The notes beneath the pieces are model-generated. The model was not told the origin of the DNA. It did no database searches and was given only the letters and a program-made list of their open reading frames with translations. The position numbers were made by a program, and so were the translations under genes. Below are positions 40,554 to 49,974 of a DNA stretch of 64,000 nt, one piece after another; positions within the stretch are counted from its first letter, which is position 1; each line of letters begins with the position of its first letter. Location of the stretch: NCBI GenBank assembly GCA_963726455.1, contig CAVSCK010000005.1, positions 128,001-192,000 of the forward strand, written 5' to 3'. This DNA comes from an uncultured bacterium. GTDB taxonomy: Bacteria; Zixibacteria; MSB-5A5; CAIYYT01.

Positions 40554-41015
40554 ATGAGTTCGAATACCCCCGGGTTCTTTCGACTGCTGCTGACCCCTGC
40601 CGGCGCAGCAATTGCCATCATCAGTTTCTTTCTGCCCTGGATTCAGATTTCCTGCCTGGGTACTTCGGTTTACTCTGGGTTTGATTTCGGCGAGATCTAC
40701 TGGCTCGTACCGAGCATGGCGGCCATAATTCTCGGCGGGTACTTGCTATTGCGCAAGTCGAAGCGACTTAACCTGCTCAAGATTCTGACCATCGCGGCAA
40801 CTGTAGTAGCCATCGGGGTGATTGTTTATGGCAGCATCACTGTCGCCGGAGGCAAGAGAATCCTCCTCGTAAAGCTGGGACCTGATGACGTCCACCTGAA
40901 AATTCATGTTGGCGGATACGGTACCTTTGCCGGATATTTGCTGGCGATGATTGGCGTCACGCAGCCGCGACGAAAGCGCAAGGAGCGCCTGCCGACCAAT
41001 ACCACGACTACCTGA
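40554..41015 (+). CDS. Hypothetical multi-pass membrane protein
   Basis: 'SFFLPWI..C...YSGF' plus about four hydrophobic segments. Confidence 0.65.
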   Translation: MSSNTPGFFRLLLTPAGAAIAIISFFLPWIQISCLGTSVYSGFDFGEIYWLVPSMAAIILGGYLLLRKSKRLNLLKILTIAATVVAIGVIVYGSITVAGGKRILLVKLGPDDVHLKIHVGGYGTFAGYLLAMIGVTQPRRKRKERLPTNTTTT

Positions 41016-41108
41016 CGGCGGGGACACTCGTTAAAAGTGCAGATGAAAAAGAGGCGATATCAACCTGAATCACACCAACCCAATCGCTCAATGCGTAGAT
41101 AGCTAAAG

Positions 41109-42749
41109 ATGTACCGCTTAACTTGCCCAACACTTCCCGGCCGTTATGACTGGCTGCTAAGATCGGGGACTTACATCATCGGTCGTGATTCGCAGGTTGA
41201 CCTGGTCGTGAACGACGGCACCGTGTCGCGCCGCCACGCCCAGATCGACGTTGCCGAGGATGGCCAAATCCGGCTTACCGATCTGGGCAGTCTCAACGGC
41301 ACGCTGGTCAACGACCGCAAGGTCAGCGGCGCCATTGAAATCAAGTCAGGTGACGCTGTGACTTTCGGCACGGTCGGATTTATGCTGGCGCTCGCAGAAG
41401 CGGAAACTCCCAAACCCGCTCTTAACGTCACCACCGACACCGAAAGTCACACTTCAATTTCGTCGCTACCCATCGATGAGGCGCTAAAGCCGCTCGCGCT
41501 CAAAGACTACACCAATCCGCAGATCTTCAAGGCTATCTCCGACATGGCGAAAATGCTGATCCTGCCGCAGAGTGTTGACGAAATGTTTGGCGAGGCATTG
41601 GACTTGCTCCAGCAGATTATCAGCTCCGAACGTGCCGCCGTGTTCTTGGCGCCTGCCGGAAGCGACAATGTTCAACTTGCCACCTACCGACTGTCAGACA
41701 AGAAAAGTTCCGACTCGTTCAAAATATCGCGGTCAATCGTCAAGGAAGTTCTGGACAAAAAGAACGCCGTGCTGTTCTCCGACCTGATCGCCGACGAACG
41801 CTTTGCCAAACAGGAATCGATCATGGTTTCCGGTATACGTTCGGCGATGGCGGTTCCGCTGATCAACGAGAAACAGGTGCTCGGCATACTTTACACTGAC
41901 ACCACCGATCCCTGGCAACGCTTCAGTGAGGAATCACTAAAAGTCACCGCGACATTCGGCAACATTCTCGCCGCCAAGATTATCAATCACGAGCTGCTAA
42001 AGGAACGCCAGGAGAAAGAAGCGCTGGAATCGGAACTGCGTATTGCCTCGCAGATTCAGGAAGGGCTGATGCCCAAAGTGCTGCCGGAAGTCGACGGCTA
42101 TGTACTGCACGCCTTCCAGATGCAGTGCAAAATGGTCGGCGGCGATCTTTACGACGTTGCCATGCTCCCCGACGGCCGCCTGTTTTTCCTGCTGGCAGAT
42201 GTATCCGGTAAGGGCATGGGCGCCGCGCTGTTGGCTTCGAATATTCTGTCCGCCTTTCGGATGTTGCGCAGTAATGCCGCGTTTGACGTTGCCGATGCCG
42301 TTACGCGTGTCAACGCTCAGCTCCATGCATCCAGTCGTTCCGGAGACTTTGCGACGGCATTTGTGGCGACGCTGGACACCAAGAGCCACCTGCTTACCTA
42401 TGTCAACGCCGGCCACAATTCACCACTGCTCGTTCGCAATGGCGGCGTGCTGGAACAAGTTGGCGCCACGGGGATTCCCCTCGGTCTGTTCGATGGCATG
42501 TCCTGGGAATCCGGTATGCTGACGCTGTCATCCGGTGATCGTCTTCTGCTTTTCACCGACGGCATTCCCGAAGCCATCAACGCCGGCGAGGAATTCTATT
42601 CCGATGAGAAGCTGGAGCACTTCACAGTAGAACATCGTGATCAGCCACCGGCAGATTTTTCGAGATCACTGATAGATGACGTTTCCCAGTTCGTCGGCTC
42701 CGCGCCGCGCAGCGATGATATCACGATCATGTTGCTTGAACGAAAGTAG
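41109..42749 (+). CDS. FHA-GAF-SpoIIE (PP2C/RsbU-like) serine phosphatase
   Basis: FHA 'IGR..VSRRHA..DLGSLNGT'; GAF 'IRSAMAVPL'; PP2C 'VGGDLYD', 'DVSGKG', 'FTDG', 'DDIT'. Confidence 0.92.
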   Translation: MYRLTCPTLPGRYDWLLRSGTYIIGRDSQVDLVVNDGTVSRRHAQIDVAEDGQIRLTDLGSLNGTLVNDRKVSGAIEIKSGDAVTFGTVGFMLALAEAETPKPALNVTTDTESHTSISSLPIDEALKPLALKDYTNPQIFKAISDMAKMLILPQSVDEMFGEALDLLQQIISSERAAVFLAPAGSDNVQLATYRLSDKKSSDSFKISRSIVKEVLDKKNAVLFSDLIADERFAKQESIMVSGIRSAMAVPLINEKQVLGILYTDTTDPWQRFSEESLKVTATFGNILAAKIINHELLKERQEKEALESELRIASQIQEGLMPKVLPEVDGYVLHAFQMQCKMVGGDLYDVAMLPDGRLFFLLADVSGKGMGAALLASNILSAFRMLRSNAAFDVADAVTRVNAQLHASSRSGDFATAFVATLDTKSHLLTYVNAGHNSPLLVRNGGVLEQVGATGIPLGLFDGMSWESGMLTLSSGDRLLLFTDGIPEAINAGEEFYSDEKLEHFTVEHRDQPPADFSRSLIDDVSQFVGSAPRSDDITIMLLERK

Positions 42750-42808
42750 TGATAGAATACAGATGAATTTGCACAACTTTAGAATAGGCCACTCGTATAC
42801 AGACTATC

Positions 42809-43726
42809 GTGACTGAACCGGTAATTGAAGTCCAGAATCTGCACAAAGAGTATGGTCCCACGATCGCTGTGGATGACGTCTCTTTCGAAGTCTATCAGGG
42901 CGAAATCTTTGGCATGGTCGGCACCAACGGCGCCGGCAAGACCACGACCATTGAATGTATCGAGGGTTTGCGGAAGCAGGATCGTGGCACAGTACAGGTG
43001 CTCGGTTTCGATCCGCAAAGCAACGGCAACAAGCTCCGGCAGTCGCTCGGAGTCCAGTTGCAGGAATCACAGTTGCAACCACGGCTCAAAGTTTGGGAAG
43101 CACTCGATCTGTTTTCTTCTTTCTATGAATCACCCCTCGACTGGCAAAAATTGCTCGTTCAACTTGGACTCACCGAAAAACGAAACACCGCTTTCGCACG
43201 ACTTTCCGGCGGCCAGAAGCAACGTCTGCAGATTGCCCTGGCACTCGTCAACGATCCCAAACTGGTGTTCTTCGATGAATTAACCACCGGACTCGACCCG
43301 CAGGCGCGCCATGCCATGTGGGATCTGATTCGCTCGGTGCGTGACAACGGCAAGACTATTTTTCTCACGACCCACTTTATGGACGAGGCCGAGCGGCTCT
43401 GCGATCGCGTCGCCATTATGGACAAGGGCAATATCATCGCTCTCGATACACCGGAAAACCTGATCCGCAATCTCGGAGTTGAAAGCCGGGTCGTTTTCAC
43501 CCTAAACGAACCGCACGACATTTCTTGCTGTAACAAGCTGTCCGGTGTTTCGCGCGTTGAGCAAAACGGCGATCGCGTGCACGTGCAGGGCAAAGGCGAC
43601 ATGCTCGTCGTCGAGGTTGTCACCACGCTCGCCAAAGAAGGCATACGTTTCCGCGATTTGCGCACTGAGCAGCCGAACCTTGAGGATGTCTTCCTCGCGC
43701 TGACCGGCCATGAGATGAAGGACTAA
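42809..43726 (+). CDS. ABC-2 type exporter ATP-binding protein
   Basis: GTNGAGKT, LSGGQ, FDELTTGLD, TTH. Confidence 0.93.
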   Translation: MTEPVIEVQNLHKEYGPTIAVDDVSFEVYQGEIFGMVGTNGAGKTTTIECIEGLRKQDRGTVQVLGFDPQSNGNKLRQSLGVQLQESQLQPRLKVWEALDLFSSFYESPLDWQKLLVQLGLTEKRNTAFARLSGGQKQRLQIALALVNDPKLVFFDELTTGLDPQARHAMWDLIRSVRDNGKTIFLTTHFMDEAERLCDRVAIMDKGNIIALDTPENLIRNLGVESRVVFTLNEPHDISCCNKLSGVSRVEQNGDRVHVQGKGDMLVVEVVTTLAKEGIRFRDLRTEQPNLEDVFLALTGHEMKD

Positions 43727-43730
43727 GTAT

Positions 43731-44486
43731 ATGCGTGGCTTTTGGAAATTGGCGTTCGTGGAATTCAAATTGTTCTTGCGGGAACCGTCGGCGGCATTCT
43801 TTACGCTGGTATTTCCCCTGATGATGCTCTTTCTGTTCGGCGCCGTTTTCGGCAACAAACCGGAATTTATGGGCCGATTTGGCACCGGAACATTCGGCAC
43901 AGTTGATCTGTCGATCCCAGCATATACGGCGATGATCATAGCCACAACTGGACTGGTGTCGCTGACAATCACTATCTCCTCCGCTCGCGAACTGGGAATC
44001 CTGCGCCGCTTTCATACCACGCCATTGACGCCAACCGCGATCCTCACATCGCAGGTATTGGTCTTATTCGTTATGACCACGCTTGGAATGGTTTTGCTGG
44101 TGATCGCAGCCATCATCACATACGATCTCCGGTTCGCCGGCAACGCATTTTCGGTGATACTGGGTTTCTTGTTGTCGTCTGCCAGCTTCTTTGCGTTAGG
44201 GTTTGTCCTGGCCAGTTTAGTGCGGACGTCGCGGAGCGCGCAAGTCGTGGCGATGGCTCTGTACTATCCGATGCTCTTCCTTTCCGGAGCGGCAATTCCC
44301 AAATGGGTGCTTCCGGAAGCCGTCCGCAGCTACGGTCAGATTCTCCCGCTCACTCATGTTGTCAACCTGTTAATCGGCCTTTGGATGGGCGAACCCTGGA
44401 GCGCACATATCAAAGAAGTTGTCGTGCTGGTCGTCATGCTGATCGCCGGCTTGATCATTTCCGCCCGTACTTTTCGCTGGGAATAG
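43731..44486 (+). CDS. ABC-2 type exporter permease
   Basis: About six TM segments, 'RELGILRR', 'MLFLSG', C-terminal FRWE. Confidence 0.9.
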   Translation: MRGFWKLAFVEFKLFLREPSAAFFTLVFPLMMLFLFGAVFGNKPEFMGRFGTGTFGTVDLSIPAYTAMIIATTGLVSLTITISSARELGILRRFHTTPLTPTAILTSQVLVLFVMTTLGMVLLVIAAIITYDLRFAGNAFSVILGFLLSSASFFALGFVLASLVRTSRSAQVVAMALYYPMLFLSGAAIPKWVLPEAVRSYGQILPLTHVVNLLIGLWMGEPWSAHIKEVVVLVVMLIAGLIISARTFRWE

Positions 44487-44531
44487 CTTCACTCACGTCT
44501 TCAAGTCGTTTTTCCTCTTCGTATGTGCCCG

Positions 44532-44892
44532 GTAGGATGAACATTCTTGTTTGTCCACATCGCGCGTACAACGGACAAGCAAGAATGCTTATCCTACTGA
44601 CCCCTATCTCATGTAGAAGGAATCGCGGCGAGTGTACGACTCAGTAGGACGAACATTCCTGTTTGTCTATGTCGCGCGTACAACGGACAAGCAAGAGTGC
44701 TTATCCTACTGACCCCTATCTCATGTATAAGGAATCGCGGCGAGTGTACGACTCAGTAGGACGAACATTCCTGTTTGTCTATGTCGCGCGTACAACGGAC
44801 AAGCAAGAATGCTCATCCTACTAACCCCTATCTCACTTGGAAGGAATCGCGGCGAGTGTGCGACCCAGTAGGACGAACATTCCTGTTTGTCC
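44532..44892. repeat. Tandem GTAG-family REP (BIME/REPIN-like) array, 112-bp period, 3 full units plus 1 half unit
   Basis: GTAGGA(C/T)GAACATTC(C/T)TGTTTGTC...GGACAAGCAAGA(A/G)TGCT(T/C)ATCCTAC inverted pairs starting at 44532, 44644, 44756, 44868. Confidence 0.85.
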
Positions 44893-45081
44893 ATTTCCCA
44901 TTTATCTTCCCTTCGCCTTCCGGGAGAGGAGTCCTCCTCAAAAAACCGAACCGGCCTCCTCAAGTTTTTCCCCGATTTCTCGATAAATCTAGTACCATTG
45001 TGGAATAACAGGACAGCTTTTGAATGTTTTTGTTGACGCTGACGTTTCCGCATCCCATCCTCAAGTGAAGTGGTCCCGGAT

Positions 45082-45099
45082 TTGTGAACTACTTCACAA
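45082..45099. promoter_or_regulatory. Rex-type operator upstream of the cytochrome operon
   Basis: Perfect TTGTGAA-CTAC-TTCACAA palindrome 60 nt before the start codon. Confidence 0.72.
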
Positions 45100-45159
45100 A
45101 GAGGTTATCAGGACTAAAGAGGAATTAACACTTAGCTTTAACTCAGTGACGAGGTTGAT

Positions 45160-46134
45160 ATGAGCAAACAAGGACGTCTGCGAGTCGCCACGACTCTGCC
45201 GCTCCTTTTTTTCCTGTTTGCGTCTCTCACGCTGCTGGCTGCTTCTCCACCCTACTCGCGCGACGAAATGATTACCAAATCGGCCGCGTGTCTGGATTGC
45301 CATCAGGAGATGGCCGACAGTCTGGTAGGTTCGAAGCATCAGCTCACGGTCGCCGACGACAAACTCTCCAAAATCGTTGTCGGCTGCATTGGCTGCCATC
45401 GCGGCTGGGAGCAACATCTGGAAAATCCATCGGCCGAGAATATCGAAAATCCGGCCAATCTCCTGTTACCGAAACAGGCCGAAGTCTGCTCCAGTTGCCA
45501 TCAGGGTGATCATCAGGCAAGTATGTTCACCACCGACCCGCATGGCCGCGCGCAACTCGGCTGCAACACGTGCCACAAAGTTCACGGCAACAAAAACCAG
45601 TATTTGGTTCGCGATGACGGCGAGAATTATTGCGCCACCTGTCATACCGACGTGATGGCCGAGTTCAAAAGCCGTTCCGCGCATCCGCTCGTGACCGGCA
45701 ATATCAAGTGTGCCAGTTGCCACTATCCCAGGGATATCAAGGATCCAATGTTGGCGCGTGGCATCGACTGGACGTGCCAGAATTGCCACTCCGAGTTTGC
45801 CGGCCCGCATCCGTTCGAGCATCCGGTGACTGAAACTTATCTGTTCAACGGCGGCGGCTGCACCGAATGCCACCGGCCGCACGGATCACCAAATGACCGC
45901 CTGCTGGCGCAGCCCGGCAACGGTGTCTGCCTGCAATGTCACGGCATTCCGCCGCTACATCGCACCATGCATGACGGGCTCGGTGTCCGCGTCGATTGCG
46001 TCAATTGTCATACCGATATTCATGGTTCCGATGACAACCGCAAATTCCTCGACCCGAATCTGCAGGCGAAATTCTTCGCCGACTGCTGGCAATCAGGTTG
46101 CCATGACACGGTGCGGCCAGGAGGTGCAAGATGA
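45160..46134 (+). CDS. Periplasmic decaheme cytochrome c, MtrA/DmsE-like
   Basis: Signal peptide; ten CxxCH (CLDCH, CIGCH, CSSCH, CNTCH, CATCH, CASCH, CQNCH, CTECH, CLQCH, CVNCH) plus CWQSGCH; 'GPHPFEHPV', 'CHTDIHGS'. Confidence 0.9.
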   Translation: MSKQGRLRVATTLPLLFFLFASLTLLAASPPYSRDEMITKSAACLDCHQEMADSLVGSKHQLTVADDKLSKIVVGCIGCHRGWEQHLENPSAENIENPANLLLPKQAEVCSSCHQGDHQASMFTTDPHGRAQLGCNTCHKVHGNKNQYLVRDDGENYCATCHTDVMAEFKSRSAHPLVTGNIKCASCHYPRDIKDPMLARGIDWTCQNCHSEFAGPHPFEHPVTETYLFNGGGCTECHRPHGSPNDRLLAQPGNGVCLQCHGIPPLHRTMHDGLGVRVDCVNCHTDIHGSDDNRKFLDPNLQAKFFADCWQSGCHDTVRPGGAR

Positions 46135-47681
46135 AGTTGCTCAAGATCGCATTTCTCGGCATAATGATCGTCGTCGCTGTTACTGCCACGGCAGTTGCCG
46201 CCGGCAGCGGCGAGGCCAAATTTGGCTACACTTTTCTTGATGAAACCGGAAATCTCTCGGTCGACCGCTCGACGTTCAATGACTATCAGGGCGCCGCGTT
46301 GTCGTTGGAGAATTTCCGTTACAACTTCAAGAATGGGACCTACATCCGCGCCAATCTGCGCAATATAACGTTGAACAATCGCAACCTGACCGCGGACTTT
46401 GGCAAACCGGGGTTCTATTCGCTGAAATTATTCCACAACCAGTTCCGTCGCATCTATGATTTCGACGGCGGCCACGCCACGCGCCGGCATGTCGAGGGTG
46501 GTTCGCTCTCTTTCTATCCGGTCCGTTATATCGAAATCTTCGGCGGCGGGTCACGCATGGGACGCAGCGGCTCCACGATTGACCTGTTCCATCCCGAGCC
46601 GGTTCCCAGCGGCGTGCCGGTTGATTACAAGCAAACTTTCTTCAACGGCGGCGCCCGCATCAACTATCGCGGCATCATGCTGGTAGGAGAATACTGCGGC
46701 AATCAGTTCCGAGACAAACTGGTCAGCAGTCGCGATCAGGATCGCAAGTTGGGACGCCTGTCCGCCACGATTCCCGTTCCGAAATACGAATGGGTGGTGT
46801 TGCAGGGCGGCTTCCGGCACTTCGAAACCAAGTTTAAGACCTCTGATTTTACGATCAGTTCGAATCGTGGCTGGGGCACGGCGGCGCTGGCATTGCCGAA
46901 GAATTTCACGGTCAAGTATTTCTTTATGCTTGATCGCACGTCTTCGGACAGCGACTACACCGCCACCGACAATATCGTGCACGCGGCCTATGCCGGCTAC
47001 ACGTATCGTCAAAAGGCGGGGGTGACCGTCGGCTATCAACATGATCTGAACGACCAGTATTTCAAGGAATATCAGGGTAACTCTTTCTATGGTTCCGGCT
47101 GGTTCAAACCGATGCCGCTGGCAGAACTGCGCGCTGAATACGGCAATCGCAAGGAAGACGTGAAAGAGGGCGTGCGCCTCATCGGCAACGAAGATGTCAA
47201 CCGCTTGCTGATTTCCGGCAAGATCCGCTGCAAAAAAGGCGGTAGCTTTGCTGCAAAGTTCGAAAGCCGGATTCGCAAGAACGACGACATCGGCAGTAAA
47301 GTCACGATGAACCGCGCCACCGTCGACCTCGGCATGAGCGAGAAGTGCGGCACGGTTTCGCTGGGTTACTCTTACAGCACGGGTGATTACACGAATATCA
47401 CTCAGGAATTCAAGTTCACCGATCACATGCTGTATGGTGACGCAACCACCAAAGAATATCGCGGCGTGACTCTCGGCGCCGGCGCGACCTACTATCGCAG
47501 CAAGCGCGACCTCGATGTCGAAAGCTTCAATGTCAGATTTTCCGGAGCGTATCGGTTCACCGATGACCTCCGACTCGAAGCGATCTATAACGCTTATAAC
47601 TTTGATGATTTTCTGGTGCGGGATCAGTACTACACCGCCAATATCGTCGAAATCAATTTGATCAAAGGAATATCTTTCTAA
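46131..47681 (+). CDS. Outer-membrane beta-barrel, MtrB/PioB-like partner porin
   Basis: Signal peptide, amphipathic Y/F/G-rich strands, terminal Phe, ATGA overlap with the decaheme gene. Confidence 0.78.
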   Translation: MKLLKIAFLGIMIVVAVTATAVAAGSGEAKFGYTFLDETGNLSVDRSTFNDYQGAALSLENFRYNFKNGTYIRANLRNITLNNRNLTADFGKPGFYSLKLFHNQFRRIYDFDGGHATRRHVEGGSLSFYPVRYIEIFGGGSRMGRSGSTIDLFHPEPVPSGVPVDYKQTFFNGGARINYRGIMLVGEYCGNQFRDKLVSSRDQDRKLGRLSATIPVPKYEWVVLQGGFRHFETKFKTSDFTISSNRGWGTAALALPKNFTVKYFFMLDRTSSDSDYTATDNIVHAAYAGYTYRQKAGVTVGYQHDLNDQYFKEYQGNSFYGSGWFKPMPLAELRAEYGNRKEDVKEGVRLIGNEDVNRLLISGKIRCKKGGSFAAKFESRIRKNDDIGSKVTMNRATVDLGMSEKCGTVSLGYSYSTGDYTNITQEFKFTDHMLYGDATTKEYRGVTLGAGATYYRSKRDLDVESFNVRFSGAYRFTDDLRLEAIYNAYNFDDFLVRDQYYTANIVEINLIKGISF

Positions 47682-47690
47682 GGAGGAATC

Positions 47691-48782
47691 ATGAGGAACC
47701 TACGTATCCTCGGCTTTGTCGCTCTGATTGTGTTGATTGCAGTCATCGCCGGCTGCGAGCGCAAAGTTGTCAACCAACCCGCCAACAACAATCAACAACT
47801 GACCGGTTGTTTCACTTGTCATGGCGAGGAAAGTTTCGGCGGCGCCCTTCTGCAGGCGCAGGGCGAATGGGCTAATTCCATTCACGCCTCAGGTAACAAC
47901 GTCGACTACACTAATCGCGACAAGAGCGATTGCTCAATGTGTCACGACCAGCAGGGCTTCCTGCAATACCTTAATACCGGCGCAGTCGACACACTGCATT
48001 ACCAGTCGGTGAGTGCCATTCACTGTTTCACCTGTCACGCACCGCACGAGAGTGGCACGCTCCTTTTAAGAACCGAAGCTCCATATGCGCTTCAAAACGG
48101 CGTGATCTTCGACAAAGGCGCGGCCAATATTTGCGTTCGTTGCCATCACACGCGCACATCTCTTGATGTCACCCTCGGAACTGCTGACACCGTAAAATTG
48201 TCCACCCGCATGGGCCCGCATCATGGTCCGCAGGGCGACATGCTGCAGGGTACTTTGGGATTCCAGTTCTCTGGCGTTACCTATCCGACTGTATCTCAGC
48301 ACGGCGACAATGTTCCCGATGGCTGCATCGGTTGCCACATGGGTAATCCGCAAGCGCATGACGGCTACCGCATCGGTGGTCACAGCTTCAACATGACCTA
48401 TTTTGATGACGAATCGGGCAGCGAATACACTCTTGTCGGCGTCTGCCAGGTTTGTCACGCTGCCGCAACGGATTTAGACTTCAATTTGAAGAACGTAGAC
48501 TATAACAACAACGGTGAACTGGAAGGCATTCAGACTGAACTCAATGGTCTGAGAGACACGTTGTCTTACTGGCTCGCACTTTCGAAGGCATTAACAGTAG
48601 ACTCTACGGTCACCCCACCCGAGTACGCAATCAAGAACAATAAGGTGGTTACCAGAAACGTTGCTGGCGCAGTTTACAACTGGGTGCTCTTTAACGAAGA
48701 TCGCTCGCAGGGTGTTCACAATCCGCAGTATTTCTATACACTGTTGAAGAGCTCCATTGATTATTTGAAAGCGCATCAATAG
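47691..48782 (+). CDS. Hexaheme c-type cytochrome lipoprotein
   Basis: Lipobox IAGC; six CxxCH; 'GPHHGPQGDML'; C-terminal 'YNW..EDRSQGVHNPQY..LL.SSI' of NrfA/OmcB-like helical type; RBS AAGGAGG. Confidence 0.85.
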   Translation: MRNLRILGFVALIVLIAVIAGCERKVVNQPANNNQQLTGCFTCHGEESFGGALLQAQGEWANSIHASGNNVDYTNRDKSDCSMCHDQQGFLQYLNTGAVDTLHYQSVSAIHCFTCHAPHESGTLLLRTEAPYALQNGVIFDKGAANICVRCHHTRTSLDVTLGTADTVKLSTRMGPHHGPQGDMLQGTLGFQFSGVTYPTVSQHGDNVPDGCIGCHMGNPQAHDGYRIGGHSFNMTYFDDESGSEYTLVGVCQVCHAAATDLDFNLKNVDYNNNGELEGIQTELNGLRDTLSYWLALSKALTVDSTVTPPEYAIKNNKVVTRNVAGAVYNWVLFNEDRSQGVHNPQYFYTLLKSSIDYLKAHQ

Positions 48783-48825
48783 TCAACAGATGGTGAACAC
48801 GTAGTTCACTATTAACTACAAAGAT

Positions 48826-48858
48826 AAACCTCCGGGTCGAACGGCCCGGAGGTTTTTT
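48826..48858 (+). terminator. Intrinsic terminator, probably bidirectional
   Basis: AAACCTCCGGG-TCGAACGG-CCCGGAGGTTTTTT between convergent genes. Confidence 0.8.
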
Positions 48859-48880
48859 GTATCTATGCCTATGTGAGTAC

Positions 48881-49972
48881 TTACGACGCTTTACGGTGGT
48901 GTTTCAGGAAATCCCAGAAGACGTAGTCGCCCAGATTGTTCGGAGAGGCAAAATACGCACGTCCGTGATTCAGTTCGGTCAGCTTCTGCACAAAACGGCG
49001 GAGATAAGGATCTTCTGCGATCATAAAGGTCGTGATCGGTATACGCTTTTTGCGGCAGACTATCGCTTCATCAAGCGTACGGTTTACGACAATCGGATCC
49101 AGTCCGAACGGGTTCTTGTACTGGCTGCCGTCGCTGCGGGTGATCATCGACGGTTTGCCGTCCGTAATCATGAAGATTTGCTTGTTGGAACTACGCTTTT
49201 TCAGGAGGATCTGCCTTGCCATTTGCAGACCTGCCTTGGTGTTGGTGTGGTACGGCCCCACGCCGATGTAAGGAAGATCCTTGATTTGCACCTTCTGCGC
49301 GAAATCTCCGAACAACACAATCTCCAATTCATCCTTCGGAAACCGCGTCAGAATCATCTCGGTAAATGCCAGCGCCACCTGTTTCGCCGGAGTAATTCGA
49401 TCCTCGCCATACAGTATCATCGAGTGCGAAATGTCGATCAACATCACTGTGGCGCAGTTGGTGACCTGCTCCGTTTCGAACACCTCGAGGTCATCCTCCG
49501 ACATATCGGAAGAGAGTGATCCGGTACGTGACAGCGTGTTGAGCAACGAGTTAGGGAAGTCGATATTGCGCAGGTTATCACCGAAAGTAAATCGCCGTCT
49601 TTCCGGCAACACTTCCTCCGACAGCCCACCTTCCTTGTTCACGGCATGATTTCCCAAATTGGAGGATTTGAGATGCTCGAAGATCTTAACGAACGAGTCC
49701 TGGCGCAAGGCCCGCTCACCTTTGCGCGTCAGACTTATGCCGCTCTTGTCGGTCGCCGTCAGCTTATTCTGTTCAAGCTGACGCTTAAATGCCTCCAGAT
49801 CGGCGTCCTTAGGCAGGTACCCCATCTTCTTGAGCTGTTCCATGATCTTCAGCGCCGTCTTGATGTCGCCGTTGACCTGCAACAACAAATGATTGAATAC
49901 CTGCATCAAGTCGCGCATCTGCCGCAGCATGCGAAACAGCGAGTCATCCCACTGGGAGTATATCAGCCGCAT
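48881..49972 (-). CDS. vWA-domain protein, partner of the AAA+ ATPase
   Basis: MIDAS DISHS, 'HTNT', 'MITDG'. Confidence 0.85.
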   Translation of the reverse strand: MRLIYSQWDDSLFRMLRQMRDLMQVFNHLLLQVNGDIKTALKIMEQLKKMGYLPKDADLEAFKRQLEQNKLTATDKSGISLTRKGERALRQDSFVKIFEHLKSSNLGNHAVNKEGGLSEEVLPERRRFTFGDNLRNIDFPNSLLNTLSRTGSLSSDMSEDDLEVFETEQVTNCATVMLIDISHSMILYGEDRITPAKQVALAFTEMILTRFPKDELEIVLFGDFAQKVQIKDLPYIGVGPYHTNTKAGLQMARQILLKKRSSNKQIFMITDGKPSMITRSDGSQYKNPFGLDPIVVNRTLDEAIVCRKKRIPITTFMIAEDPYLRRFVQKLTELNHGRAYFASPNNLGDYVFWDFLKHHRKAS

Positions 49973-49974
49973 TG

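Noticed and set aside
44532-44892. CRISPR array
   Set aside because: Intervening sequences are near-identical, units are inverted GTAG-REP pairs, and no cas genes are present
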